DNA from: Gammaproteobacteria bacterium
GTDB taxonomy: Bacteria; Pseudomonadota; Gammaproteobacteria; Eutrophobiales; Eutrophobiaceae
NCBI GenBank assembly: GCA_965221695.1
Contig: OZ244905.1
Location: 256,001 to 320,000 of the forward strand
Length of the DNA stretch: 64,000 nt
Direction: 5' to 3'
Positions 1 to 9,485 of this stretch are shown here, one piece after another (positions within the stretch are counted from its first letter, which is position 1; each line of letters starts with the position of its first letter). The position numbers and the translations under genes are program-made. The notes under the pieces are model-generated. The model searched no databases. It saw nothing but the letters and a program-made list of their open reading frames with translations, and was not told the DNA's origin.

Positions 1-146
1 AAAGAACGTGAACGCACTGCACATCGGACAAAAAGCGGACATGGCGGAGAGTTCCAGCGTACATAGCACGCAGGTGAGGGTGAGTCCTTGTGCCTCTGGT
101 TAGCCTGATAGTCTGCCCGGGTAAGTTTGGGTGTTTGGATATTCAG

Positions 147-1175
147 TTATGAACAAGCCCGAACCTCAACCCGAAACGCGCCGATTCGATCAACAGATAC
201 CTCAAGCGTATCCCCGTGTTGATACTTCGGGTAGGCGACAGCCCGTATTTGTTTTATGTCGGTGAACTTGGGGACATCCACATTTTTTTCATCCTCGGCT
301 ATTCCGCCACTCCCCAATGCGCCTATGAGAATAACATCTCCGGCTTGCAGTGCGTATCGGGATGTGACAAAGCTGACTGCCTCAGGTATGCCCAGTACGT
401 AATCGTCTGTGTAGCCTTTTTGATGCAACCCACCGTTAACTCTTAAACTAACCGCCATTAAGTCGTTATGGTTGATACCGGTAGCGATCCAGGGGCCCAG
501 GGGGCAGAACCCAGGATAGTTCTTGGCCCGGTCAAAATCATTCACAGCAATTTCCGGCGCAAAACCATCGAATGCGCCGGTGTATCCAAAAATGAAATCC
601 TTGGCATCTTCAGCGCTCACATTGCTGGCTCGCCGACTCATGATAACAGCCAACTCTGCGCTACCGCTGATGCCGGTAGCGCCTTTTGGAATGCAGACGC
701 CGGCGCCGGGACCAGCAAGCGCTGAGCTCGGTTTTTCAAATATGGCAGGTGGTTTCAACGCCGAAACCGAATTATTGCCGGTGTTGCTGATGTCTTCACC
801 TATCATCTTGCTGCGATGCCAATAACTGTTACTGCCCAGGCCAATTATTTTGTTTGGCGATACCGGGGCCAGCAATCGAACGTCATCGAGCGGTATTGAT
901 CTGTCAGACACCGAATAATCACCGAACAGCTCGCCGTCTATGCCAACGACAGTTTCGCCTTGTACGAGTCCGAACTCGATATGATCGCGGTATTCGTACC
1001 TGGCGATGAAGCGTGTGGATTCATTTACAGTGGTCGCCGCATCGAAAGATGAGGAGAACCTGTTGCTGTTTGTGTCCTCGTTTCGGCTGAGTGACAGAGT
1101 AGGGTGCAATAAGGCCGTTAAACCGGTTGCCGCGCAGGCTTTAAGCAAGCGCCGTCTTGTGTAATGTCTGTTCAT
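147..1175 (-). CDS. Fumarylacetoacetate hydrolase (FAH) family protein with N-terminal twin-arginine (Tat)-like signal
   Basis: VRLLAPVSPNKIIGLG, FEKPSSAL, ELAVIM, FCPLGPWI and LQAGDVIL follow the FAH fold pattern; N-terminus TRRRLLK plus hydrophobic stretch. Confidence 0.85.
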   Translation of the reverse strand: MNRHYTRRRLLKACAATGLTALLHPTLSLSRNEDTNSNRFSSSFDAATTVNESTRFIARYEYRDHIEFGLVQGETVVGIDGELFGDYSVSDRSIPLDDVRLLAPVSPNKIIGLGSNSYWHRSKMIGEDISNTGNNSVSALKPPAIFEKPSSALAGPGAGVCIPKGATGISGSAELAVIMSRRASNVSAEDAKDFIFGYTGAFDGFAPEIAVNDFDRAKNYPGFCPLGPWIATGINHNDLMAVSLRVNGGLHQKGYTDDYVLGIPEAVSFVTSRYALQAGDVILIGALGSGGIAEDEKNVDVPKFTDIKQIRAVAYPKYQHGDTLEVSVDRIGAFRVEVRACS

Positions 1176-2614
1176 CGTTTTGGTGGAGCATTCTTGTCAG
1201 GAAGTCTGGAGGCTAGCTCCCGTTTGACGCTGGCCAGGGCTTCTTTCCGGGCCAGGTTATTCCATTCATCGGGATCGTTTTTGTGATCGTACAACTCTTC
1301 TGAACCATCGGACCAGCGTGTGTATCGGTAGCGTTCGCTTCTCACGCTGTGATTACGGAAGCCCGCGGTAGTCAGCGCGATATGCTCCCAGGAGGCATTG
1401 CTGTTTTCAAGCAGAGAGACCAGGCTGTTGCCTTCCACATGTTGCGGCGTCTCCAGCCCGGACAGTTCAGCCAATGTGGGATAGAGGTCCATCAGGGAAA
1501 CCGGCCGGTCGGTGTGGGAATCCGGGGTGGTAACACCCGGGGCAACAATAATTAGAGGAATGCGTGTCACGTCTTCCCATAACGTGTCCTTACGCCAGCG
1601 TTCCTTTTCACCCAGGTGGAACCCGTGATCGGATATCAGCACAATAATGGTATTCTGCGCGCGCTCACTGGCGTCAAGCGCATCCATAATTCTGCCTACC
1701 TGGGCGTCGGCGAAACTGATGCCGGCAAGATAGGCGCGCACAGCATCGTGCCAATTCCCGGTTTCTGCAACCCAGCGATGCTCGGCCATCGGAGGTTTGT
1801 CGGTTAATTCAAGAAAGGGGCGGGTTGCAGTGTGTGGCACATCTTCCAGGTCGCCCGATGTTGTCCTGGGGAGGCTGATGGATTTAACCGGGTAAAGGTC
1901 GAAGTAGCGTTTGGGTGTGTACCATGGGAGATGGGGGCGATAAATGCCTGCGGCAATAAATCTTTGGCCAACGGTTTTTTGAGTAATCTGTTTGGTGATC
2001 CATGTTGTTGTTCTTCCATCGCCCATTGTCCCGTCGGTGATGTCCAGGGCAGCCCAGTCAAATGTGCTTGACACCGGGTTGCCATTGGCAGGTTTTACCT
2101 CCGGGGTAATTTCTTCAGGCAATTGCTGCGCAACTGACGGATAAAACCCGTCCCATGCTGCCGGGTCATTATATCCTTTCAATCCTTCCGGTTCGAAGGT
2201 ATGCGCATGAAATATCTTGCCGGCGCCAAGCGTAATATAGCCGTTATTTTTGAAGTACTTGGGCAGGGAAGGCGCCGAGTTGAAGATAGCCAGTTCCCGC
2301 CAGTCCGGGCGGTTGTCATAAACACCGGTTGTCGCAGGTGTAAGCCCTGTCAGCAAGGCAGTGCGGGACGGACTGCAAAGCGGCGCCGGCGCGTGCGCAT
2401 TGCGGAATGTCATTCCCCTGGCCGCGAGTCTGTCGATATTTGGTGTGTGTGCTTGAGGGTGACCACCGAGCGGGCCAACCCAATCATTCAAGTCATCCAC
2501 TATTATCAATAATACGTCGGGTCTGTGCACCGGCGCGCCGGCGCTAAAACCTGAAACCAGGCACAGAACGACGGCAAACATCCCAGTGAGCAACGGACTT
2601 GATTTACCGGTCAT
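1172..2614 (-). CDS. Formylglycine-dependent sulfatase (iduronate-2-sulfatase/choline-sulfatase-like), probably exported
   Basis: RPDVLLIIVDDL, CSPSRTALLTG (CxPxR), GKIFH, RPHLP, SDHGFHLGEK; start moved to MTGKSS (2614), which begins a signal-peptide-like segment and avoids overlap with the upstream ORF. Confidence 0.92.
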   Translation of the reverse strand: MTGKSSPLLTGMFAVVLCLVSGFSAGAPVHRPDVLLIIVDDLNDWVGPLGGHPQAHTPNIDRLAARGMTFRNAHAPAPLCSPSRTALLTGLTPATTGVYDNRPDWRELAIFNSAPSLPKYFKNNGYITLGAGKIFHAHTFEPEGLKGYNDPAAWDGFYPSVAQQLPEEITPEVKPANGNPVSSTFDWAALDITDGTMGDGRTTTWITKQITQKTVGQRFIAAGIYRPHLPWYTPKRYFDLYPVKSISLPRTTSGDLEDVPHTATRPFLELTDKPPMAEHRWVAETGNWHDAVRAYLAGISFADAQVGRIMDALDASERAQNTIIVLISDHGFHLGEKERWRKDTLWEDVTRIPLIIVAPGVTTPDSHTDRPVSLMDLYPTLAELSGLETPQHVEGNSLVSLLENSNASWEHIALTTAGFRNHSVRSERYRYTRWSDGSEELYDHKNDPDEWNNLARKEALASVKRELASRLPDKNAPPKR

Positions 2615-2663
2615 ATAATATGCGGTGGCAGAGCAATTTTCTCCGATCGAGACAACCAATATT

Positions 2664-3173
2664 TCAGTAGCCGTACAATTCTTCACTCGTGAGCGAGAAC
2701 CCGAACCAGGAGGCCAGGGTGGAAAGCCACTGGTCCAGGTAATAGTCAAGACCATCGATTGCCGTTTCAGGAGAGGAACCGGCAATAACCATTACCTCCT
2801 GGTTATCCGTCCATACATTCTGTTTGATATAAATGGCATTGTTGCCGGGTTCGGAGAGCCATATCCGTTCTTCCTCAATCAGAACCAGGGATAAGATCTC
2901 GCCGAAGTCCTGCAACTCATTCATCCCGGCTATGATGACAATACGCAAAGCGTGGTTATGGGTCTCTAATTGGCTGGGTTCCACCTGCTGGTAGGCCACA
3001 GACTTATTATCAAGAAAATCAGTGAGTTTGCCAGCGCCTGAATAGGTGTCGCCGGTTGCGACAAGATACAGCGTTTCCTCGGACTCGGACGCGAGCGTCG
3101 TGGCGGTGGGCGCCGCGTTTAAACAAAGCGTCGCTACTACAATATTGAATAGCAGAATAAAATGACGGTTCAT
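2664..3173 (-). CDS. Hypothetical secreted protein
   Basis: 169-aa ORF filling the gap in a co-oriented cluster; signal-peptide-like N-terminus; no family recognised. Confidence 0.6.
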   Translation of the reverse strand: MNRHFILLFNIVVATLCLNAAPTATTLASESEETLYLVATGDTYSGAGKLTDFLDNKSVAYQQVEPSQLETHNHALRIVIIAGMNELQDFGEILSLVLIEEERIWLSEPGNNAIYIKQNVWTDNQEVMVIAGSSPETAIDGLDYYLDQWLSTLASWFGFSLTSEELYGY

Positions 3174-3185
3174 CTGGTGATGGTA

Positions 3186-4532
3186 CTAGCGCAACGCATC
3201 GGGCTTGAGTTTCCAGGTATCCGCATTCGGGGGGGTAACCTTCAATTCAGACCTTGGCAGGTCGGCAAACCTGTCGCAGTGATCATACGAGTAAGCATGT
3301 GCGCGGGCCAGGGACCATAATGGTTTTTGATCGCTGTTGAATGCGACGTATTCCCAGACAATCTCACCGCCGTCGGGATGCGTCTCGTCCGGCCTGACCT
3401 GAAAAATCCGTCCGGTATTATCCTCGGATATCAGCGTATTGCCGTTGGGCAGCCGTTGTACCGAACCCCTCGAATGGCTGTGAAAACGCAACGTCCTGCC
3501 CGCGGTCTGGTATTTCCAGACTATCCTGTTCGTGGAGGGATCAATTTCCACGATCAACGACACGCCATGGTGTGACTCATCCGGCGAGTATGCGCCATTG
3601 TCAAATACCAGGAAATTTCCGGCGCCGGGAAGCTCGGGCGCGATCATATGCGCCTCGTGTTGCCCGGCAAAGCCGCCCAGGTAACGATGGCTGCCTTTAT
3701 ATACTATCTCCCCTGAATCTCTATCTATCACCCAGAAATGGGGCAGGTTGCGGGTATTGTATACAACGTTTCCGGGCTTGAAACGCTGGTCGCCCGCATC
3801 ATACCACTTGTTTTGCGGGATAATCCTGGCCGCATTGCCATGTGACCAGTCAATCAGGCGTTTCCACCCGGGCAGAAAATCATTGATATCAATATGCTCG
3901 TGCGCGGCCCAGGTCCAGGTTATTTCACCTTCCGGAGTGACATAGGCCAATTCGTCGCCTATCAACTGCAGGCCTTTACGGTTTATCTTGCCGAAATACG
4001 GATAATCAACGTTTTCGACCGTATCCAGAATTTCCTGCGGCACTTGCACGCTGTACATGACCAGCGTGTCGCCGTTGGGATGCCGCTCGAAATCGTGATG
4101 CAGCATATGGGACTGCTGTGCGCTCATCCTGCCCCCGATTCCGGACTGCTCCGGTCGCCAGCGCCACAGTTCGTTACTGTCCCAATCGTAGTCAACGATG
4201 TGGTTCAAACCTCTTTGCTCGCTTTCTTCTATCATTGACAGGCTGCAGGTTCCGGGATTCAGGCGATAGCGTTGCCAACTGCTGACTTTCCATTCATGAA
4301 CGACATTGCCGTTCATATCGATGAGCCGGGCCGGTTCCGGGCTGCGCGCCACATCTTTACCCGCGCCGTAGTTTGAGACCAGCGGAAGCAAAGTATAGGC
4401 ATTATAGGCTTTTTCAGGATCGTAGCGGGTAACACCGGTGGGGTAGACGGAAGGATAAGCCTGTACAAATTGTGTAACGGACAACACGGATAACCATGCG
4501 AGGACGGTTCGCAATGTATTGGTATGGAGCAT
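3186..4532 (-). CDS. Aryl-sulfate sulfotransferase (ASST-type beta-propeller)
   Basis: YPSVYPTGVTRYDPEKAYN, LIDMNGNVVHEW, HHDFERHPNGDTL, DWSHGN, GQHEAH, QRLPNGNTLI; start moved to MLHTN (4532). Confidence 0.88.
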   Translation of the reverse strand: MLHTNTLRTVLAWLSVLSVTQFVQAYPSVYPTGVTRYDPEKAYNAYTLLPLVSNYGAGKDVARSPEPARLIDMNGNVVHEWKVSSWQRYRLNPGTCSLSMIEESEQRGLNHIVDYDWDSNELWRWRPEQSGIGGRMSAQQSHMLHHDFERHPNGDTLVMYSVQVPQEILDTVENVDYPYFGKINRKGLQLIGDELAYVTPEGEITWTWAAHEHIDINDFLPGWKRLIDWSHGNAARIIPQNKWYDAGDQRFKPGNVVYNTRNLPHFWVIDRDSGEIVYKGSHRYLGGFAGQHEAHMIAPELPGAGNFLVFDNGAYSPDESHHGVSLIVEIDPSTNRIVWKYQTAGRTLRFHSHSRGSVQRLPNGNTLISEDNTGRIFQVRPDETHPDGGEIVWEYVAFNSDQKPLWSLARAHAYSYDHCDRFADLPRSELKVTPPNADTWKLKPDALR

Positions 4533-4548
4533 TTTGTGCGGCCTGCCG

Positions 4549-7410
4549 TCAGAATGAGCGTTTGACTTCAAGAAACCATCCCAATGGCTCGCCGATTTGT
4601 TCAACACGGTAACCTTCCCGTCCCAGGTCGCCCACCCTTGCCTGGTTCGGCGTGGTGCCGGTAAAATCGACTCCCGTATTGATATAGTCTTCGTCCAGAC
4701 AATTCCGGCAGGATAATGCCACAGCCCATTTTTCATCTATTGTCGTGTATTCAATCCTGCCTGTGACAAGTCCATAGGAATCGATTTTAATCGTTCTTGT
4801 TTGCGCATCGGATGAGTACTGATCGGCGCGCCAACCGTAGTTCACGCTGGTCCGGATTGAACCAAAATCCAACCGGGCGGTATGATTCAAAGCCAGCGAA
4901 AAAGTCAGGTCAGGCAGCCTGGCCAACTCGGAATCAATAAGAACATCGCCGGATACCTCAGGCGCTACCGTTGTCCATTCTCCATCAAGGATGCCGACAG
5001 CCGCGGCGATATCCAGGCTTTCCGAAAGTACGATCATCACGTCAATTTCAGCGCCATAGGTCTCCGCGTTGCCTGCATTGGTAATAAACTTGGTGCCGTC
5101 AGGTTGGAGTTTTCTGAGTTGTCTTCCGGACCAATCCTGAAAAAAACCGGTTGCATTGAAGCGAATCCGCCCATCGGCCAAGGTAGAACGAAATCCCGCC
5201 TCGTACAGGTCTACTTCTTCCGCTTCAAACGGCACAATCCCGAAATTTCCACTCGGTCCGAATTTCAACTCCAATTCATTGTTGAAACCGCCACTGGTAA
5301 AACCGGTGCTGGCCGTGAAATAGGTCATCAGGTTGTCAGTCCAATGGTATTGGACGCTGGCGCGCCATGTTGACTCGTTCCAGGTGTCGCTGGCGGATGC
5401 CGATGAGGGAATTCCGGGGCCATTGATCAGCGCGAGAATCTCCGGGTTGCTGGTTGGATCAAAGTTGCGATCCCGACTGCGAATTTGCTCGTCTCCAAAT
5501 GCCGTGAGTTCCTTTTTATCTTCAGTCCAGCGATAGCCCAGGGTCAGGCTGAGATCATCCAAAAGCTGATAGCTCCCTTCAACAAAAAGGGCAATAGCTT
5601 CTGCATCCAGCGTTTCCCGGCGAATAAAGACATCGGGAACACCGTCGTCGGAGCCGGTTGTAACTTCGTCAGGAGTCTCCTCGAAATAGAACAGACCCGC
5701 AGTCCAATCCAGGCGCTCATGATTGCCGTTGAATATAACTTCCTGGGAAAAGCTGTCATTGTTATAGTCACGCACTCGCTCGCGCCAGATGACAGGCGTA
5801 TAGTCATTGTCATATATCAGCAAAGGTTTGATGTTCAGGTAACCGGTGCGGCTTGTCACGGTCAGGTAGTCGTTGATATCCCAACTGATCTCTGCAGTGA
5901 AGATTTCCGTGATAATTTCTTCGGAATTCGTTATGCCGCCCTGTGTATTATCGCCATCCAGTACGCCGAATGAATTATTCAATACAGGGTCTAGCGCGCT
6001 GTTGTTTTCAGCCACGCCGTTAAATTCAGCGTTTCTCGCACGTGCAATGGTGCAAACCGAGCCGGGCGCACCCCGGACTTCTCTTGCGTTCAAAATGCCT
6101 CGTGCGATTATCCGGCATGGTTCGCCTTCTCCGCGAAGAGCATTGATATCCCAGTCAGTAATCTTGAACGCGGGGCCATTTCCTTTATCTTCTATATATG
6201 CGCCGGTGAGATCAACGGTGAGCGTATCCACCGGTCTGATGCGCAAACTGGCCCGTACCCCCCAGTTATCATAATCTCCGAGCTTCTGGGTGCCTTGGCT
6301 CTGATACTGAAGGGCAGCGGGGTTAGCAGCCGGGGCGATATTTCCCAACAGATTATCCACGTAACCATCCTGATCCCGGGAATAGGCGCTGACTCGTATG
6401 GCCGCTTTCTCTCCCAAGGGAATGTTCGCCATGCCGGTCACTTCAACCAGGTCACGGGATCCATATCCGGCCTTGATATAACCTTCGAACTTGTCCATGC
6501 TTGGTCTGTTCGAGTTATAACGGATGGCTCCGCCCGTGGTGTTACGGCCAAACAAAGTCCCCTGAGGTCCGCGCAATACTTCTATATTTTTGGCATCGAA
6601 CAGATCAACCATTGTTCCGCTCATTCTCGGCACATACACACCATCAAGGTATAAACCGACGGCGCCATCCGTATTGATTCGAACTTGGGTGCCAACACCG
6701 CGGATGGTCGCGCGCACTAAATTTGTGCCGGCCGTATTGTCTCCCCCGCCCAGTGAGATATTGACGGCATGAGTATCGAGGTCGAGCAGGCTGTCGATTC
6801 CCAGTTGCTCAATCTGATCCGCGTTGAATGCTGTCACGGAAATCGGCACATCCTGGAGATTTTCCTCGCGCTTGCGTGCAGTGACCATAATTTCTTCCAG
6901 GACGGTAGAATTGGCGCCGTTTTCAGATGGAGTTTGTCCACTGGCGTCGGGAACCGCTACAACTGCCGCCATCAGCGCGCCTATACCTGCAAATAGTGAT
7001 ATATTCTTCCCCGACCCGGTTTTTTGTTGTTCATTCATTTTCACGGTTTTATCCTCTTTATCGAACAATGCCGAACTCGTACGTGCAATGATCAGCACGC
7101 CTTTATCAGAACGTCTGCCTGAAAGCCCCGTTCCCAAGAGCATTAAATCCAGCGCCTGTTGTATCGTGTGCCGTCCTCTGACCGAATTTGCCCTGCTGTT
7201 ACTGGCCAGATCATAAGGAAACAACAAAGTGATTCCGGTCTGCCTTGCCAGGCTGTTCAGCGCATCAGCGGCATTGGTCGACGGGATATCCACATCGTAT
7301 CTTGTTTCGTCCTTGAACTGTCCACCAGCATACCCTGCAGCGCTGGTAAACAGTAATAGCAGGCAAATCAAGCTGCCCAAGCGTTTGCAGCGTTTCGATA
7401 CGCGCCGCAT
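4549..7410 (-). CDS. TonB-dependent receptor/transducer with N-terminal STN signalling domain
   Basis: STN-like DIPSTNAADALNSLARQTG...ALDLMLLGTGL; TonB box LEEIMVTARKREENLQDVP; plug motif IEVLRGPQGTLFGRNTTGGA; C-terminal Phe; probable start MRRVSK at 7410. Confidence 0.93.
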   Translation of the reverse strand: MRRVSKRCKRLGSLICLLLLFTSAAGYAGGQFKDETRYDVDIPSTNAADALNSLARQTGITLLFPYDLASNSRANSVRGRHTIQQALDLMLLGTGLSGRRSDKGVLIIARTSSALFDKEDKTVKMNEQQKTGSGKNISLFAGIGALMAAVVAVPDASGQTPSENGANSTVLEEIMVTARKREENLQDVPISVTAFNADQIEQLGIDSLLDLDTHAVNISLGGGDNTAGTNLVRATIRGVGTQVRINTDGAVGLYLDGVYVPRMSGTMVDLFDAKNIEVLRGPQGTLFGRNTTGGAIRYNSNRPSMDKFEGYIKAGYGSRDLVEVTGMANIPLGEKAAIRVSAYSRDQDGYVDNLLGNIAPAANPAALQYQSQGTQKLGDYDNWGVRASLRIRPVDTLTVDLTGAYIEDKGNGPAFKITDWDINALRGEGEPCRIIARGILNAREVRGAPGSVCTIARARNAEFNGVAENNSALDPVLNNSFGVLDGDNTQGGITNSEEIITEIFTAEISWDINDYLTVTSRTGYLNIKPLLIYDNDYTPVIWRERVRDYNNDSFSQEVIFNGNHERLDWTAGLFYFEETPDEVTTGSDDGVPDVFIRRETLDAEAIALFVEGSYQLLDDLSLTLGYRWTEDKKELTAFGDEQIRSRDRNFDPTSNPEILALINGPGIPSSASASDTWNESTWRASVQYHWTDNLMTYFTASTGFTSGGFNNELELKFGPSGNFGIVPFEAEEVDLYEAGFRSTLADGRIRFNATGFFQDWSGRQLRKLQPDGTKFITNAGNAETYGAEIDVMIVLSESLDIAAAVGILDGEWTTVAPEVSGDVLIDSELARLPDLTFSLALNHTARLDFGSIRTSVNYGWRADQYSSDAQTRTIKIDSYGLVTGRIEYTTIDEKWAVALSCRNCLDEDYINTGVDFTGTTPNQARVGDLGREGYRVEQIGEPLGWFLEVKRSF

Positions 7411-7473
7411 TCCAGTTGCGTTCGGCTTGCTAAAATAATATCGGTGCGGTGCTTTCACGCTTGTCTGACAATA

Positions 7474-7503
7474 AATAAACGTTTGAAGTACGAAAAACCA
7501 CAC
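7474..7503 (-). promoter_or_regulatory. Putative ECF-sigma promoter of the receptor gene
   Basis: GTGTGGTTTTTCGTACTTCAAACGTTTATT matches the motif upstream of the sigma gene (9240-9269) at 18/30 positions without gaps. Confidence 0.5.
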
Positions 7504-7520
7504 CCCCAGGTATTGATATA

Positions 7521-8624
7521 TTATTCGGCGGATGCAATCTGAACAAAGTCATCACGCAGGCGGATAATCCGTAAATCAAAATTTGTTTCCAGGGAGAGCA
7601 GCATGGCATCGACATCGCCTATTCGAAACTGTCCTCCGATACGAATAGCCTTTAATGCGGGATCGATGATCTGTATAGTGACCGGGCTATAGCGGCTGAT
7701 TTCATTAATGACATCCTCCAAAGGGTCGCCCGTGAAAATCAACAAACCATTGCGCCAGGACATGCGCAGGGATAATTCCGTTTCATCCATATTCTGAACC
7801 AATTCAATCGTATTGTATGAAGCCTGCTCTTGCTCCGAAGCCAGCGCGCGAATGGTCGTAGCCTGACCTGCATCCAAAGTTCCCAAGGTGTGTTCGTAAT
7901 CATCTTCTGAAATTACCTGGCGCTCGAACCGCTCCTCCAGCGCTGACAGTTTGACGCGACCCTCGGTAACGAGAACGTCTACTCCATGCTTGTTTAACCT
8001 GACGGTAAACGCAGTGCCTACGGCTTCAACTCGCCCGCTTCCGGCGTAGACATGGAAAGGTCGTCGTGGAATTTCTGCCACATTGAAAAAAGCCTCTCCT
8101 TTCAACAAGTGGACATTGCGAACGGCTTCGCGATATTCCACTTCAACCTCGCTGTTTGTGTTGATATGAATGGTGGACCCATCCGGCAAAGACACGAGAG
8201 TTTGTTCTCCGACCATCGTGGAATAAACGGTATTGACGCCTGCCTCAGAAGCATTATGTTTCCAGGGTTGCTGATTGAGCGCCAGCACAAGGACTGCAAG
8301 CGCAATTGAAATCACGGCAAGATTTCGATTAAACACAAACTCCGTTATGCCGGCCCAGGTAAACAGTCTTTGGTTTGAGACAGCCTTACCGGTAACCGGC
8401 TTTCCCAACGGCACCGACAATTCCGTCAGAATATTCATCCTGTTATACAAACGGAGCAGCTTGCCGAGTTCTTCACGATGCGCGGGGCTGCGTTCAAGCC
8501 ATGCGCGCAACCGCATTATTTCATCGTCTGACAACCGGGTATCACCGTCGAGTCGCACCAGCCATTCACCGGCCTCGGTTTCGATGAGGTTTTTATCGGG
8601 AAATACGTAGATGTTATCTGTCAT
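7521..8624 (-). CDS. fecR: FecR-family anti-sigma/sensor
   Basis: EAGEWLVRL...WLERSPAH N-terminal domain, one TM segment, TMVGEQ..LPDGSTIHINTNS, LLKGEAFF, AVGTAF, SWRNGLLIF. Confidence 0.93.
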   Translation of the reverse strand: MTDNIYVFPDKNLIETEAGEWLVRLDGDTRLSDDEIMRLRAWLERSPAHREELGKLLRLYNRMNILTELSVPLGKPVTGKAVSNQRLFTWAGITEFVFNRNLAVISIALAVLVLALNQQPWKHNASEAGVNTVYSTMVGEQTLVSLPDGSTIHINTNSEVEVEYREAVRNVHLLKGEAFFNVAEIPRRPFHVYAGSGRVEAVGTAFTVRLNKHGVDVLVTEGRVKLSALEERFERQVISEDDYEHTLGTLDAGQATTIRALASEQEQASYNTIELVQNMDETELSLRMSWRNGLLIFTGDPLEDVINEISRYSPVTIQIIDPALKAIRIGGQFRIGDVDAMLLSLETNFDLRIIRLRDDFVQIASAE

Positions 8625-9205
8625 TGGTTTCTCTTCAGGGTGACGGACTGGATCGCTACACTGGCTTCCTCATGTGTTTTTCCGTGTTCACGCTCGCGTA
8701 TATATGCGCGGCATTTCAGTACGCCTTTCAATAAGTGTTTTTCAATTGAACTGAGGGTCAAATTCATTCGTTTCGCTATTTCCTTGTGGGACAAGCCATG
8801 CACCTTGCGCAGCAGAAATACTCGCCGGCACTGATCCGGCAGGGCGGTTACGGCCTCACAATAAATGCCGATATGCTGCCTGGCTTCGGCCTCACTTTCG
8901 GTTGTATTTTCCGACTCTATGATTATCGGCAGTTCATAATCCTCAATATAGTGGGTAATCTGTCGGGACTTTTTGTTGAGTGTTGTTATCGCAATATTTC
9001 TGGCTATCCGAAACAGGAACGCTTTGGGGTGATTAATGACCTTTTGCCGCTCGGCGTTGTATGCTCGCAGGTAAGTCTCTTGCACAACGTCTTCTATATC
9101 CTGGCGTTCAGTAAAATAACGAGCCAGAAATTTCCGTAGAAACGTGGCGTTTTCCAGGAATGAAACTGTCACCGAGGCAGGTTGTCGTTTCCTGTGTTTA
9201 TGCAT
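8621..9205 (-). CDS. ECF sigma-70 factor (FecI-like)
   Basis: EDVVQETYLR, FLFRIARN (region 2); LPDQCRRVFLLRKVHGLSHKEIA (region 4); 4-bp overlap with fecR. Confidence 0.93.
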   Translation of the reverse strand: MHKHRKRQPASVTVSFLENATFLRKFLARYFTERQDIEDVVQETYLRAYNAERQKVINHPKAFLFRIARNIAITTLNKKSRQITHYIEDYELPIIIESENTTESEAEARQHIGIYCEAVTALPDQCRRVFLLRKVHGLSHKEIAKRMNLTLSSIEKHLLKGVLKCRAYIREREHGKTHEEASVAIQSVTLKRNQ

Positions 9206-9239
9206 AGTTCGTATTCATGCCGCAGTCGGACCATATGAT

Positions 9240-9269
9240 AATAGACACACGAGAGCCGTAATACCGCAC
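9240..9269 (-). promoter_or_regulatory. Putative autoregulatory ECF promoter
   Basis: GTGCGGTATTACGGCTCTCGTGTGTCTATT, about 35 bp upstream of the sigma ATG; shared with 7474-7503. Confidence 0.5.
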
Positions 9270-9383
9270 ACTGCGAATTAATTTTTGAGAACGTCCTATG
9301 GCGGCGCTTCTATGAATATCGCTTAGGCTGTAGCCAAACGCTGCGCGGAGAAACCCCGGCGCCACCCTGGGAGCGCTTCAGTT

Positions 9384-9465
9384 GATGTGCAATTCAGTGG
9401 CGTCGATGAGAAATCGGTGATTATCCTTGGAGAGCAACAGGCTGTGCTGATTGATGCGTAATGGA
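9384..9465 (+). pseudogene. 82-bp remnant paralogous to the 5' part of the MBL-fold gene (10515-10596)
   Basis: Translates DVQFSGVDEKSVIILGEQQAVLIDA*W versus DAQFSGVGEKSVIILGERQAVLIDAQW; 10 mismatches in 82 nt by hand count; CAA>TAA nonsense change. Confidence 0.85.
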
Positions 9466-9485
9466 TAGACAGTCAGGTGTAAGAT

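Noticed and set aside
1-146. Possible start of another minus-strand gene at the window edge
   Set aside because: Too little sequence to assign a frame or product.
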